From NCBI GenBank assembly GCA_001179505.1, contig CDMY01000764.1, forward strand, positions 1 to 23,036: a stretch of 23,036 nucleotides of DNA, given 5' to 3'. The notes below the pieces were generated by a model, which did no database searches, had not been told where the DNA came from, and worked only from the letters and a program-made list of their open reading frames with translations. Below are positions 1 to 11,097 of this stretch, piece after piece. Position numbers and translations under genes: made by a program. How positions within the stretch are numbered: the stretch's first letter is position 1; every line of letters begins with the position of its first letter. This DNA is from Vitrella brassicaformis CCMP3155 (taxonomy: Eukaryota; Protista; Chromerida).

Positions 1-507
1 GCCTTGGCGAACTGGGCTATCGGCGACCCACGATGACATGCAGGCTGGCTGGGCTTATCGGCGACCCACTTACATGAAGGCAGAGGTAATAAGACGGGCA
101 GCAAAGTCAGTCAACGCTCAAGTGTGCCAAAATAGTAGGTAGAGCGCTATGACTCGCAAAACACATGCCAAAATCCCAACAGAGTAAGCAGGTACTAATT
201 AGTCAGTGAGCAAGCGTACACATATTTACCCGGCGGCTCAGATGGCTCTGGCGCCGGCAGCAACCGACCCCCGGCACCGCCAGCTGGCCACGGCACTGCT
301 CAGCGACAGACCCCACCCCCACCGAACCAGTCGCCTCCACCGCTTTCCGCGGACAGCCTCCGTGATCTGCTCACGTGGGATCTGCGGCCCCTCCTGCAGA
401 CGAACATCCCGACAGTCACTCGCTGGCCGCTACGCAATGAATTCGCGATCTGCGCCGCCAAGGCTGACCACATGATCACCCACAGCGACCCACAGCTCAG
501 CGAGGCG

Positions 508-1500
508 GCATGCCGCGGTGTGCAACGTGCATGCGCAGTGTGCGCACACAGGCATTCATCAAATACACCCACTCCAAGTCCAGACGTGCATGCGCAGTTG
601 TGTGCACACAGACACTCATCAGATATACACACCCATACGCACACAGACATTCATAAGATACACCCACTCCAAGTCCAAACGTGCATGCGCAGCATACCGA
701 AATATTCACCATATACGCAAACTCCACGTGCAAACGTGCATGCGCAGGTCTGCGAATATAAACATCTATTATATACACTTACCCCAAGCCGACGCTTGCA
801 TGCATAGGTGTGCGCACACAAATATTCATCACATCTACACACACCCCAAGTCCAACGTGCATGCGCAGGTGTGCGCACACAGAAAAAATTCATCAGATAT
901 ACCCACCCATACGCACACAGATGTTCATCATATATACACACTCCAAGTCCAAACGTCTATGCGCAGGTACCCATATAGAGATATTCATCATATACACACA
1001 CCCCAAGTCCAAACGTGCGCATGTCCACACGTGCATTCGCAGGTGTGCGCGCACAGACATTCATCATATACACACACTGCAAGTGCAAAGGTGCATGCGC
1101 AGACAGGTGTGCGCACAGAGACATCGATTACATACATGCACTCCAAGTCCAAACCAGGATGCACAGGTCTGTGTACCGAGGCATTCATCATATTTACACA
1201 CTCCAAGTCCCAACGTGCGTGCGCAGGTGTGCACACACAGACATTCATCAGATACACCCACTCCAAGTCTATGCGCAGGTATGCGCATAGACACATTCAT
1301 CAGATACATTCATCAAATACACCCACTCCGACATTCATCAGATACACCCACTCCGACATTCATCAGATACACCCACTCTAGGTCCAAACGTGTATGCGCA
1401 GGTGTGTGCACACAGATATTGATGACATTCATACACTTCATGTCATTCCAGGTGCACATGTGCATGCGCAACTGTGCACACACTAGGTCATCCCAAGTCC
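508..1500 (+). repeat. Degenerate ~60-bp tandem satellite, about 15-16 units, with a hairpin core
   Basis: Recurrent unit close to CTCCAAGTCCAAACGTGCATGCGCAGGTGTGCGCACACAGACATTCATCAGATACACCCA (60 nt). The core TGCGCA-GGTG-TGCGCA can form a 6-bp stem with a 4-nt loop. An internal 25-nt exact duplication lies at 1326-1350/1351-1375. The overlapping H/T/C/R-rich ORFs in all six frames are by-products of the repeat. Confidence 0.95.
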
Positions 1501-2335
1501 ACATTGTGGCTCTCTTGGATTCATGGACAGGCCGTCGGCCTCTTCAGCTATAGCTAGTTGCTACAGAGGCCTTCGTCTTCATTTCACATCTCTTGCACTG
1601 CATTGGGATGGACTCGTCGGTTTGGACCTCCAGCAAATTGCGAAACACCTTGTTTCCTTTCCTCTTCCCTGGCTGGACTGTATTTGGCACCGAGGTGCGT
1701 ATACAGCCCATTGATACATCCGACTGCGTAAGGAAGAAGAGTTGTACTGCACTAAGTATACGTCTCTATGTTCCCGATTTATCTGTCTATGTTCAGTTCG
1801 ATCGTTCCTATCTTCTGTTTACCGTCTTTTTTCGGGTCACATATTGTTGGACGATATTCAAAAGTATAATAATCCTCAACCTCATCATCGTCCCAATGGA
1901 AATGTAAGGGAAAAGGGAACCGGGGAGGATATGTGTAGATGTTTGAGCATTGGAGTGAGCAGATTGAGGGCATTAAGGTATGGGCAGGAATGAACGTGAT
2001 TCGTGAGGATGTGTTGTTTCTATAGTGCTGTACCATTCTATCCATCAATGTGGTATTCCTGCATCCAATATTACAGGTACATACACATATTATTGCTGTG
2101 AATGTCCTGCAGGGCCACTTATCCGGGAGCCTACTGCAAGCACACACTCATCTGCCCCGCTGAAAGGAGGCTAGTGGGTATGTAATTTAATTGTAGTCAC
2201 ACGTACTTGTTCAATTTCTCTCACGTATCAACTAAGTCAGCTTCATATATGTCAGTGTATATCGGTTGCGTTGACTTCATGGATAAGAGTACGCAAAAAC
2301 GCAGCGACTTATCCGCCCTGTTCTTTCATGCATAC

Positions 2336-2436
2336 ATGAAGACATTCATCAAATACACGACCTCCGACTGCACACCTGCATGCGCAGGTGTGCGCAGAGA
2401 GACATTCGCCATGTACACACCCTCCGACTCTACACG
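2336..2436 (+). repeat. Isolated ~1.5-2 units of the same 60-bp satellite
   Basis: GACATTCATCAAATACAC...TGCATGCGCAGGTGTGCGCAGAGAGACATTC matches the 508-1500 unit in the same orientation. Confidence 0.9.
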
Positions 2437-2609
2437 TTATACTTGTCGTACTTGTCGGAGGGCGTCTTCCAGGCCTGTGTGCAGGTTTGCATGTGTGTTT
2501 GTGTGTTGCGAACACATCGATGTTGTGTGTGTGTGTGAAAAAGTGTGTGTGTGTGCGTGTGTGGCTTGCTTATGTAGTAGGGCACCTCTGGCTTCATCTC
2601 AGATGGCTG

Positions 2610-2633
2610 CAGACAGACAGACAGACAGACAGA
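2610..2633. repeat. (CAGA)6 microsatellite
   Basis: Read directly from the sequence. Confidence 0.95.
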
Positions 2634-2784
2634 TGGAACACGACATACATACATATGCCCAGTGTTACGAAAGTGTCATGGTGCGGATGTCCTCTCTGGC
2701 AACGGTCAAACCCACACGCGAACCATACCAGCCATCCATACGCGCAGCCAAACACACCAGACAACCACCTGATCTCAGCCAACC

Positions 2785-2811
2785 GAGAGAGAGAGAGAGA
2801 GAGAAAGAGAG
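2785..2811. repeat. (GA)n microsatellite
   Basis: Read directly: (GA)10 followed by AAGAGAG. Confidence 0.95.
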
Positions 2812-3043
2812 GTAGCCAGCCACACACATGCTTTCGTGCCGTCCGCTCTGAGTGAGAGTCCCGTGTTCCCCTGACTGATGTGCGGGTCAAATGCATGTGC
2901 TGTCTGCCTCAGTACGTGATCGGCGAGGGGACGGACCTTGTGGCGGATATGTAGGCACACACTGGGAGGCTAGAGAGACAACACAGACGGACAGACAGGC
3001 AGATCTCAGGCAGATATGCGTGCATGTAATCCCAGTGAGACAT

Positions 3044-3343
3044 NNNNNNNNNNNNNNNNNNNNNNNNNNNNNNNNNNNNNNNNNNNNNNNNNNNNNNNNN
3101 NNNNNNNNNNNNNNNNNNNNNNNNNNNNNNNNNNNNNNNNNNNNNNNNNNNNNNNNNNNNNNNNNNNNNNNNNNNNNNNNNNNNNNNNNNNNNNNNNNNN
3201 NNNNNNNNNNNNNNNNNNNNNNNNNNNNNNNNNNNNNNNNNNNNNNNNNNNNNNNNNNNNNNNNNNNNNNNNNNNNNNNNNNNNNNNNNNNNNNNNNNNN
3301 NNNNNNNNNNNNNNNNNNNNNNNNNNNNNNNNNNNNNNNNNNN
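3044..3343. other. Assembly gap (300 N)
   Basis: Run of exactly 300 N. Adjacency and distance across the gap are not verified. Confidence 1.
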
Positions 3344-4289
3344 ATCCGTCCATCACATCCAGACACACACGTCCACACTTCCAGCCATCTGAGCCGAGCG
3401 CCTTTATCAGGGTCACAGACAGGGAATGGTCGGAAGGACCAAAGATCGTGCCGAAGCAACAGATCTCGAGAGAATGACTCAAGTCATATCGGAAGCGAAC
3501 AATAACGAATCATGAAACGCAACGGGCACTAACTCGCTCGGCCAACTTCTGCTATCTCCCGTCTTACGCCCTCAAGCCCACGCATGCATGCACTGCAGGC
3601 TTATCTAGCGCTCTTATTCATCAGCAGCCCTCTATCTTCCCCGGCTGCCTCCCCTGTGCATATCTACGGCTTGTCGTCATGCCTGCCTACACACGACTAC
3701 TATTCTTCAGCCTGTCATCCATCAGCATCAGCATCAGCTCCATCCGTCTATCTATTCATCCAGGGCTGCATCCTCTCCATCAGCACACGGTCCACGGCAT
3801 CCAATCCATCCGTCCATCACTCCCTTGTTTAACTGGAGGCGTTTAACTTATTCCTCGCGCGTACAAAGTCTGTGTAGTCGACGTCTGTTTCATGATGTGA
3901 TACCGATGAAAGTGAGTCACAGAGCATAAGTGAATGAAAGCAAACCCCCTGGGCCCCATTTCCCCTCGCCTCCCACCTGCTTTCCGCGAGAGTTGTCCTT
4001 GAAATGATTATGGAGCCCTCACTGGCAGAACACGACAGCTCTTCCGAGTCCGTCTCGAAAGCCGAACTGATTCCGGCAATACTTCCGGCCATGCCCTCGT
4101 AAAGCTCCCGTGAAGCTTCCTGCAGGGCGCGGCATAAGGCGTCGACCAAAAAGAACAAGAAGAGGCGGGATTGGCTAAGTACGTTGGGAATCGCCAATGG
4201 AGTTCCAGCTGCACGAAGGCGAGCACACCTCGAAAGCGGCTCCTGCAGCACAGCTTAAGCAGAGCAATCTCCTTTGCTCTGTCTGGCCA

Positions 4290-4452
4290 CAGTGTCGGGG
4301 TCCGAGTTGAGGAGGGAGGCGCCGCGGTGGTGCCTCTCATGCATCTGTGACGGTGAAGAGCGGAGATGGTGGGCATGATGGACGACGACCTGGTGGTGAT
4401 GTGGACGTGCTGACGACGAGGAGCTGCTCGACACATGTAACTCTTTCCCCTT
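4290..4452 (-). repeat. Dispersed ~162-bp repeat, inverted copy of 19933-20093
   Basis: The reverse complement aligns to 19933-20093 (AAGGGGAAAGAGT...GGACCCCGACACTG) with only a few substitutions and one 3-nt indel. The ORF track shows the same peptide (SSSSSARPHH..QVVVHHAxHLRSSPSQMHERHHRGASLLNSDPDT) at both sites. Confidence 0.95.
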
Positions 4453-4458
4453 TGTTTC

Positions 4459-7400
4459 CCGCCGGTCCTTGATCCGTGCTTCAATGCCGTCAACCGATTC
4501 GCTGTGCCCTTCGACTGTGCGGACAGCCTGCCCGTCGTGGAGAGAAAGGACGAGGAGGGGCCCGACCCAAGAGCGCAAAGCCTACTCTCGAATGACCCCA
4601 AGGAGGCCGAGAATGCGACTTTTGCCCAACTGGTGCCTGGGACCTACCTGTTCGAAGACGTGCCCACCAGTGCTTACTTGCCGACCATCAGCGACATAGG
4701 CGAGGATGTGTCAAGCTGCATGAGGATTCAGGGCAAGATCAACGATGAGAACGGGCTTGACGGCTTCTTCCTGGACCTCTCATGCGACACGGCAGAGGGT
4801 GTCAGTGCGACTCTCCAGTTTGAATGCCCAGACACCGGCCTGTGCTCCGACCGCGAGGGCAACGCACTCCAGCCCGCCGTCGCAACCATCCAGGGAGTCA
4901 TGAATGTGGTCAACGCCAGCAATGCGGCGTGCAAGGGAGTGGAGGCGCAGATCGAGGTCACGCTGACAGGCTTTGTGGACGAATCGGAGTCCCTGATCGC
5001 TCAGCAATTCGAATATGACCAGACGCAGCGCATCCTTATCGTCGGAGACGACGAACAGAGTGACCTCGTCACTGCGAGGGCTATCGGTATCCTATCCCCT
5101 GCGGCGCAGACAGGCCTGGGCCTCCTGGCATTCCCTGATACCGTGCCTGAGAGATGCGATGTCCTTCTGAATCAGCGGGTCTTCACCGTCACCAGTGGCG
5201 AGACCGAGGCAGGGGGCATCATAGCGTTGATTGCCTCGGGGTTTGGGAGGGATGTGGTGACTAGGGAAGCCTTTCGAAAGGTATGCGGGTGGGCGGACAC
5301 ATATCTGCTCAGATCGGGTGTAATCGAATGTTCCTTCGTGTCATCAGAAACCGTTGGAAGCCAGCAACTTTGCTTTCGGAGAATGAAGGCGCGTTCCAAA
5401 GTGCAGTGGGATATGTCATGGGGCGCCAGCTGAAATAGCGGCCAGGCAAGACATGAAAATGGGAGCTGCAGCTGGAATGGCTCAGCGCGTGCAATCCTCC
5501 CTTGTTCTCGGCCCGGATCTCCGCCGTACTCTGCTGGGCACAGTGGTTCTGACGATCTTCTTCTCTATCTACAAGCCTGACGAGTCGCCAGACATCTCCT
5601 TCAACAGCGCCTTAATCGGGGACAGGTTCTTTGCCACCGAGGAATTTGATGTGTCGTGCTTGGATGAGACGGACGCGGATAAGAAAATTCAGGGATTCAA
5701 CGATACAACTGTATCTCTGCTGTGCACGATTCCGCCTAAGGAGGAGGGTCCTCGATCGTTCGAACTCTTCAACACAGAAACAGGTGCGCAGCTGGATCTG
5801 ATTCTGAAAGAACAGCTGGGGCAGCTGGTCGACGGAAGAGAAGGTACGTGGCAGTAGGTATGTCAGCCGGAAAGCGCTAATTCTTGCTTGTTCTGTCGCT
5901 GATGTGTGCGTCGATCAGCATTAGCGAACTGCCGCGGATTCGAGCTGCAAAACGTTCCCATCGGCTTCGACGCTGGTGCGACCTTTCAAAACATTATCAA
6001 GGATTCCAGGTCGATTGGCAAGTATCTGGGCGTTGCCGCTAAAGATGGAACTCTCGGAGATGACACTTGTGTTGGTGTCAGAGTGAAATGGAATCATAGT
6101 TGCAAGGGCATAGAGAGGGGACAGAACGGCTTAATTGTCTCCGTCCAAGTGGTGCAATTTTTGATGGTTATGGCGATGTGGGAGCTACGTGTCAAGACAA
6201 GTACAGGAATTTCACGGCTCCTCGGGCTGACCGGTATGGGATCGGGACTGTTACCTTGAATGAAACGTGCTTCATCGGATTTGAATGCTGTAAGAAAGTC
6301 ATGAGAATGAAGTCTCGCACTTTCTCGACTGTCTTGTTTCGTCATCCTTTCACTCTTTGACTGTTTTAGTTGAGGCGTGCCCCCCAGCCATCCTCAATGC
6401 GTCGTCTACCGCCCAGCCATCCACCTATCGAATTAGCGACCACAAGGACATCGATCATTGTATCACAATGTCGGAGGCCAATACTACAATCGACATGTTC
6501 GATAGCACAAAGGCTTCCTTCAGCTGCGAAGGCGATTGGGCTGATTTACAGGTGCGGATCCGATATGACGTCGACGAGCTGGACGGACGGGTTGTAGAAA
6601 AAAACTCTACGACGGGGAAAGTAGGGCCTGTGGACTACGTTAATGTCGACTTTAAGGGTACTGTGGAGCAGGTGTCTCCGCTGAATTGCAGTGGGACGTT
6701 TATCTTTGTCAAAGGTCCGTGTGGGGAGGAAGTCACCTGGACACTCACATGCACACACACGCACATACGGGCACACACCGTAGATCGTTTTGGTATCCTG
6801 TTTGTTTCACAGGCACTCTCGTCGGCAGCCTATTCTTTGATGCGAGCGGGCCAGACGGGAAATACGTTCCCGTCATCGAGAGACCAGACTTTCGATTCGT
6901 GCCTGAGCTGTTCCTCACGAGTAGTGCGCCTTTGGGGAATATGGACTTTACAATCCTCTCTGTCCCTGGGAATGCCACAGATGACGAGTGCTTTCGTGAC
7001 ACACAGAAATTCAGCTACAGGAAGAGAGGCCGGGCTGTAAACGATGGAAACGTGATTTCCCGGCTCGTTGCAGTCCCCACCTTGGAGGTTGAGGGATCGG
7101 AAGATTTGAATGGGACCCCGGAGGTCTATGCTTTCGTCCCGATCTATGAAACGCTGGACCGGGACAAGGAAGAGAGAGGGCTGCCCAGACTCTTCCAATC
7201 ATCCATTACTGGGCCTTTGCTCGAAGTGTGCCAAATCAAGGAAAAAAGCGAAGGCAAAGGTGCGATCGAAGGAAGGGACAGGAGATATATGTTTCTCCCT
7301 GCTTCGTCTCCCCACCCAGATTCGACTGCCGTGCAGATTCAGTGCCTCGCTCATGAGCCCATCGAGCTGGTTGCGAATGGTGCGGTCGTCGACGCTGACG

Positions 7401-7698
7401 AAGCCTTCCTGAAGTGAGAGTATAATCCATGCAGCGGCAAGACAGACGAGGAGCCTATGTATGTGTGTGTCTCTTTCCTGCCAGGACTATCGCCCGAGTG
7501 CAGACAAAAAACGGCCCCGATTCCGGCCTGAAGCTCCAATCGCAGTTCGTCAACATCAATTGTTCATGTCAAGACATCGAGCGTTTCGAGAACGAGACCG
7601 CTTTTTTCATTGATCCGCAGAACAGCGAGGCGCTCATCGTGCGGACCATTCCTCTTTCTGTCGACGTAGATGGGGACAAAGTGGAGGAAGCGCATTAG
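4459..7698 (+). pseudogene. Multi-exon gene for an uncharacterised Cys-containing, N-glycosylation-rich (probably extracellular) protein; 5' end missing and likely disrupted
   Basis: Phase-compatible GT-AG introns join the ORF-track pieces: 5281-5347, 5844-5918, 6290-6369, 6715-6812, 7260-7319, 7414-7484, ending at TAG 7696-7698. There are at least 12 N-x-S/T sequons. No ATG or signal peptide is visible at the 5' end, where the ORF abuts the 4290-4452 repeat. Apparent lesions are an in-frame TGA at 5384-5386 (if 5348-5488 is an exon) and a frame change at the G run 6117-6120 (..KGIERG / TERLNC..). No family recognised. Confidence 0.65.
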
Positions 7699-7829
7699 AC
7701 AATGTGCGCCTTCATCCGCTGGGGTTGATACACACTGGCGGCTGCGCGTTGACCCATTTTCGCATTTTCTGTGATCGCATCCGATTCGTTGCGATTCGTA
7801 ATCGGCAGCACACACGCCTGTGTGACGTG

Positions 7830-9464
7830 CCTCAAGGAGACTCCATTTCGAGAAACTCTCGCTCGAAAAGACGCTCTTCATGTGCAATCGCGAGGACCTA
7901 CTCTACTTCAGTGCCAATGAAATCTCAAGCCTCTCCTGCCCTACTGTGTGCGACGGTATGTGGAAGAGAAGGCGAGCGCTGGCTACAGTGTCGGTAAATG
8001 GATTGGTTCTTAATGCAGAAAGTACAACATGGAACACGGAGGACCCGTAGAGTATCAATTTCTTGAAGTGCTGCGAGATGAAGTACTGCATCAATTGAGT
8101 ATCCCCGAAAAGGTAAGATACCTCAAGATCAGATATCCATTTTATATCTGTTGGGACTGCTGCAGCCTATGTTGGCCGTTGACCTGACCGATGTTCGTTT
8201 CGTTGATGGCTTCGCTGAAGACTCGCTGCTTGCAAGCCTTGACGACCTTGTGGGGCAAATCGGTTTCTCCCTGCATCCGTCGAGAAGGTTCGTCTAGAAA
8301 TTTGAAATTGAGGCCACAAGATAGTGCAGCCTTATTCACTGGCCTGTTTACCGTAGATTCTTCCAAATGAGAAGCGTTTGAACAGCGACTCGAGGGTTCG
8401 CGGAATGGTGTTGCAGTTTGTCTACTTTGTTGCTGCTATGGCTGTTCAGAGCAAGACGACCCAAGACATGAAGCTATACGACATTGCCCGCCCGGGAGCT
8501 CGAGATGGTGGAGAAGAAATCACTGTTAGCATCTCGGAGGACTTCATTGAAAAATTGCCAAGTCCTGAGCAAAAGATGGCTCGAAAGCTTATCCGTGAGA
8601 CTCCGGAGCTGCGATCACACATCTTCGCCACCTGCGCCCCTGGCTATAGCGCTTTGGAATGGTGAAGTGCACGCAAAGTTCAACGAGGATCCCTCGGCAG
8701 CTCAGCTGCAGCTTATCCAAGAACTGGCTGTGAATCTGCGCAAGCTCAACGAGATCAAACCGGTGGCTCGAGACTTTCTCGCAGCCATGCGTCAGCTCGG
8801 CTTTGAGTAACTCAGCATCGAAGGGTCAACAGAAGCGAATGTGCCCATCTTCGACTTCCTGGAGGACCTGCTGGGAGATTGGTACCCAAAAGGTGAAGAT
8901 GTGGCTGACGCCATCACGAGTCAGCTGCAAGAGCTTCCGGTCGCAATTTTTGGACAAGTTCTGAAACGCCTCGAGAGTGACAAACGTCTGGTGCCTTCTA
9001 CCGTCATTCTTCCGGCTGTCAGCGCTGAGCTCCGTCCTCGCGAGGGCTTGATCAACATGTGGGAGACTCTTGAAGACCAGCACTTCGAAACGATGATTGG
9101 GAAGAGCCCATCGTCTTGCAGAAGACGTGACGGGGGCCTTCCAGCCGAGGAAGAAGATGTCAATGAGTTCAACAACACTTCCATCAAGCCATTGGCGGGC
9201 AGAATCGTTTCGAGCACTTGGACGTGCGGAAACCGTGAATTGGTGGTCGAGCCGTTACATGGTGCATCTCCACTGGCGTCTGGACCAATGTCAACGGAGC
9301 TGATTCACGTTGGCAGCGAGTCTCCCGTTGCATCAATCCCTGGAAGCTCTCCTCTGGGCTTTAGGGGCCGTGCTCAATTCTCGGGTGTGCTGAATGTATA
9401 CCTCGCATGGGAATACTCAGGAGAACCTGATTCTGACTCACCGGCTGGACGAGTAAAAGAATAA
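7830..9464 (+). pseudogene. Degraded multi-exon gene, product not recognised
   Basis: Protein-like exons ..HFEKLSLEKTLFMCNREDLLYF.., KYNMEHGGPVEYQFLEVLRDEVLHQLSIPEK and PMLAVDLTDVRFVDGF..HPSR, spliced in phase to ORF 8378-8665 (acceptor at 8385). The frame changes near 8640-8660 into ORF 8484-8810. TAA 8808-8810 is in frame with ORF 8841-9464. Confidence 0.5.
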
Positions 9465-9628
9465 GAATTCGTATCAGCAGACAATTGATTTGTGTCTTTG
9501 TCGCTGTGGCCATTGAGCAATGATGTGCAAGAAGTGAGGAGACATAGGACAAGTGCGTGATGCATGTCATAATTTCCATGGCATTGCCACGAGTGTCAGT
9601 GTGTGTGCGCCTGTCTTTCTCTCTGCAG

Positions 9629-10633
9629 ATCTCCGCCGCACGCAAGACACAACGCGGCAGCAGTACGACAGGCGCATCGAGGAGCTCGAAGCCCAAAGAG
9701 ACGAGTACAAACGTGAGCGTGATGCTGCCCGGGACGAGCTGCGAGCACATCAGGCCTACAGCACTGTGGCACAGACGATTATCTATGGTGGCGGTCGGTA
9801 TGAGGGCTCAGTCAAGCGGGTGGGCGGCATCGAGGTTCCCCACGGGGGGGGGCGTTTTGTGGTCGCTGGACGGCACGGAGAAGCGATACGAGGGCGACTG
9901 GCCAAACGGCATCCGACATGGCTGGGGCAAAGAGTTCAACCAAAACAGCCTCGTCTATGCCAACGACTGGCGAAACGACAAGCGAGACGGCAATGGCATT
10001 CAATACCAATGGATTGGCCAGCAGATCATGAAGGTCTACGAGGGCGAGTGGAGAGACAGCAAATGGCACGGCCAAGGGCAGGCGTTTTATCACACCGGCC
10101 GACTCATGCACATGGGCAGCTGGGTGAATGGCGTGTTACACGGCCGCGGGATAGAGTTCCCCAATGACGGCCAGCTGGTCTATGAGGGCGAGTGGACGAA
10201 TGGACAAAAAACCAACAGAGGCGAGGGAAAAGTGGGCGGCATGCAGCTCATGGACGGTATGGGACAGGTGCTGACCTACACCGGCTGCACAGTCGATGGT
10301 AGACCACACGGCTGGGGGAAGCTGCGAAGCAGCGACGATGTGATCTACAATGGTACCTGGGCGTACGGCATACGGCACGGCTATGGGACGGCCTACTACA
10401 CCCATCCTGGTGCATACGAGAAGGGTCGCTATGAAATGCATCATGTGGCGTGGTTCTCCGGTGAGTGGCGTCATGGCAAGGTCCACAACGGCACCTTCTT
10501 CCCTGACGGACACTGGCATGGAGACCGGGGCACCACTTTTGCTAGCAGCTATCAAGTCACCCCCATCCCGTGGCAAGCAGGACGGGAGATACCCAACATC
10601 GACCTCAGACCCCCAACAGGGTCGCCCATATAG
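9629..10633 (+). pseudogene. MORN-repeat protein (coiled-coil plus about 8-9 MORN repeats), frameshifted
   Basis: Acceptor CTCTGCAG ends at 9628. A coiled-coil segment (RRIEELEAQRDEYKRERDAARDEL) is followed by MORN motifs YEGDWPNGIRHGWG, YEGEWRDSKWHGQG, YEGEWTNG and YNGTWAYGIRHGYG. The frame shifts by +1 in the G9 run at 9844-9852 (PHG-G / GVLWS). Stop TAG at 10631-10633. Confidence 0.9.
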
Positions 10634-10949
10634 TTGCCGAAGTGGCTGTGGTTGCGGAGTTTGTCGGAGTATTTCCCTGCTGGTGCCTTCGCTGGTTGTG
10701 TGTTGGAAGGCGTTTGAGCCTGTATTTTTGTTTTCACCTCCTGTCATATCTGTGTGTTTTCATTGGACATAATGTGGATCGGACCTGTCTGACTCGTTGC
10801 TCGCTGATCGTTGTGCAGCGAGCCTTGCTATGTGTGTGAATGCAATTGGCCAAATGTGTATTTGACTCGCTCAAAACAACGACGCACGCAAGTCCATCTA
10901 GGTCAGCTGTGTACCCACACCCTTATTCAATCGCAGTCAAACCCATGCC

Positions 10950-11058
10950 GTCGGCACTCTTCGGAATCTCAAGGGATTATCTCTTCGCAAGAACCAGGTC
11001 CGGTCGGTGAATTCGCGCACCCATCGCCACTGTTCTGTTCCGGCCATCCTCTCTCTGC

Positions 11059-11097
<39 letters not shown>

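Noticed and set aside
1452-1487. Helitron 3' terminus (hairpin plus CTAG at 1483-1486)
   Set aside because: The palindrome is just a satellite unit variant, CTAG is followed by G rather than T, and satellite sequence continues afterwards.
508-1500. CRISPR array
   Set aside because: There are no unique spacers between conserved repeats, the units are contiguous and degenerate, there are no cas genes, and the context is eukaryotic.
472-1553. Long overlapping ORFs (518-1381, 810-1553, etc.) rich in His/Cys/Thr, superficially like zinc-finger or metal-binding proteins
   Set aside because: They are translations of the 60-bp satellite. The unit length is a multiple of 3 and stop-poor, so ORFs open in several frames and on both strands. 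The same applies to 21674-22371.
1523-2200. Short ORFs with hydrophobic stretches in an AT-richer segment
   Set aside because: No recognisable motif or consistent exon chain could be built.
2887-3505. ORFs spanning the N run
   Set aside because: Artefacts of translating the 300-N gap.
3829-4251. 140-aa minus-strand ORF
   Set aside because: It may contain exon remnants, but there is no domain similarity or supported gene model.
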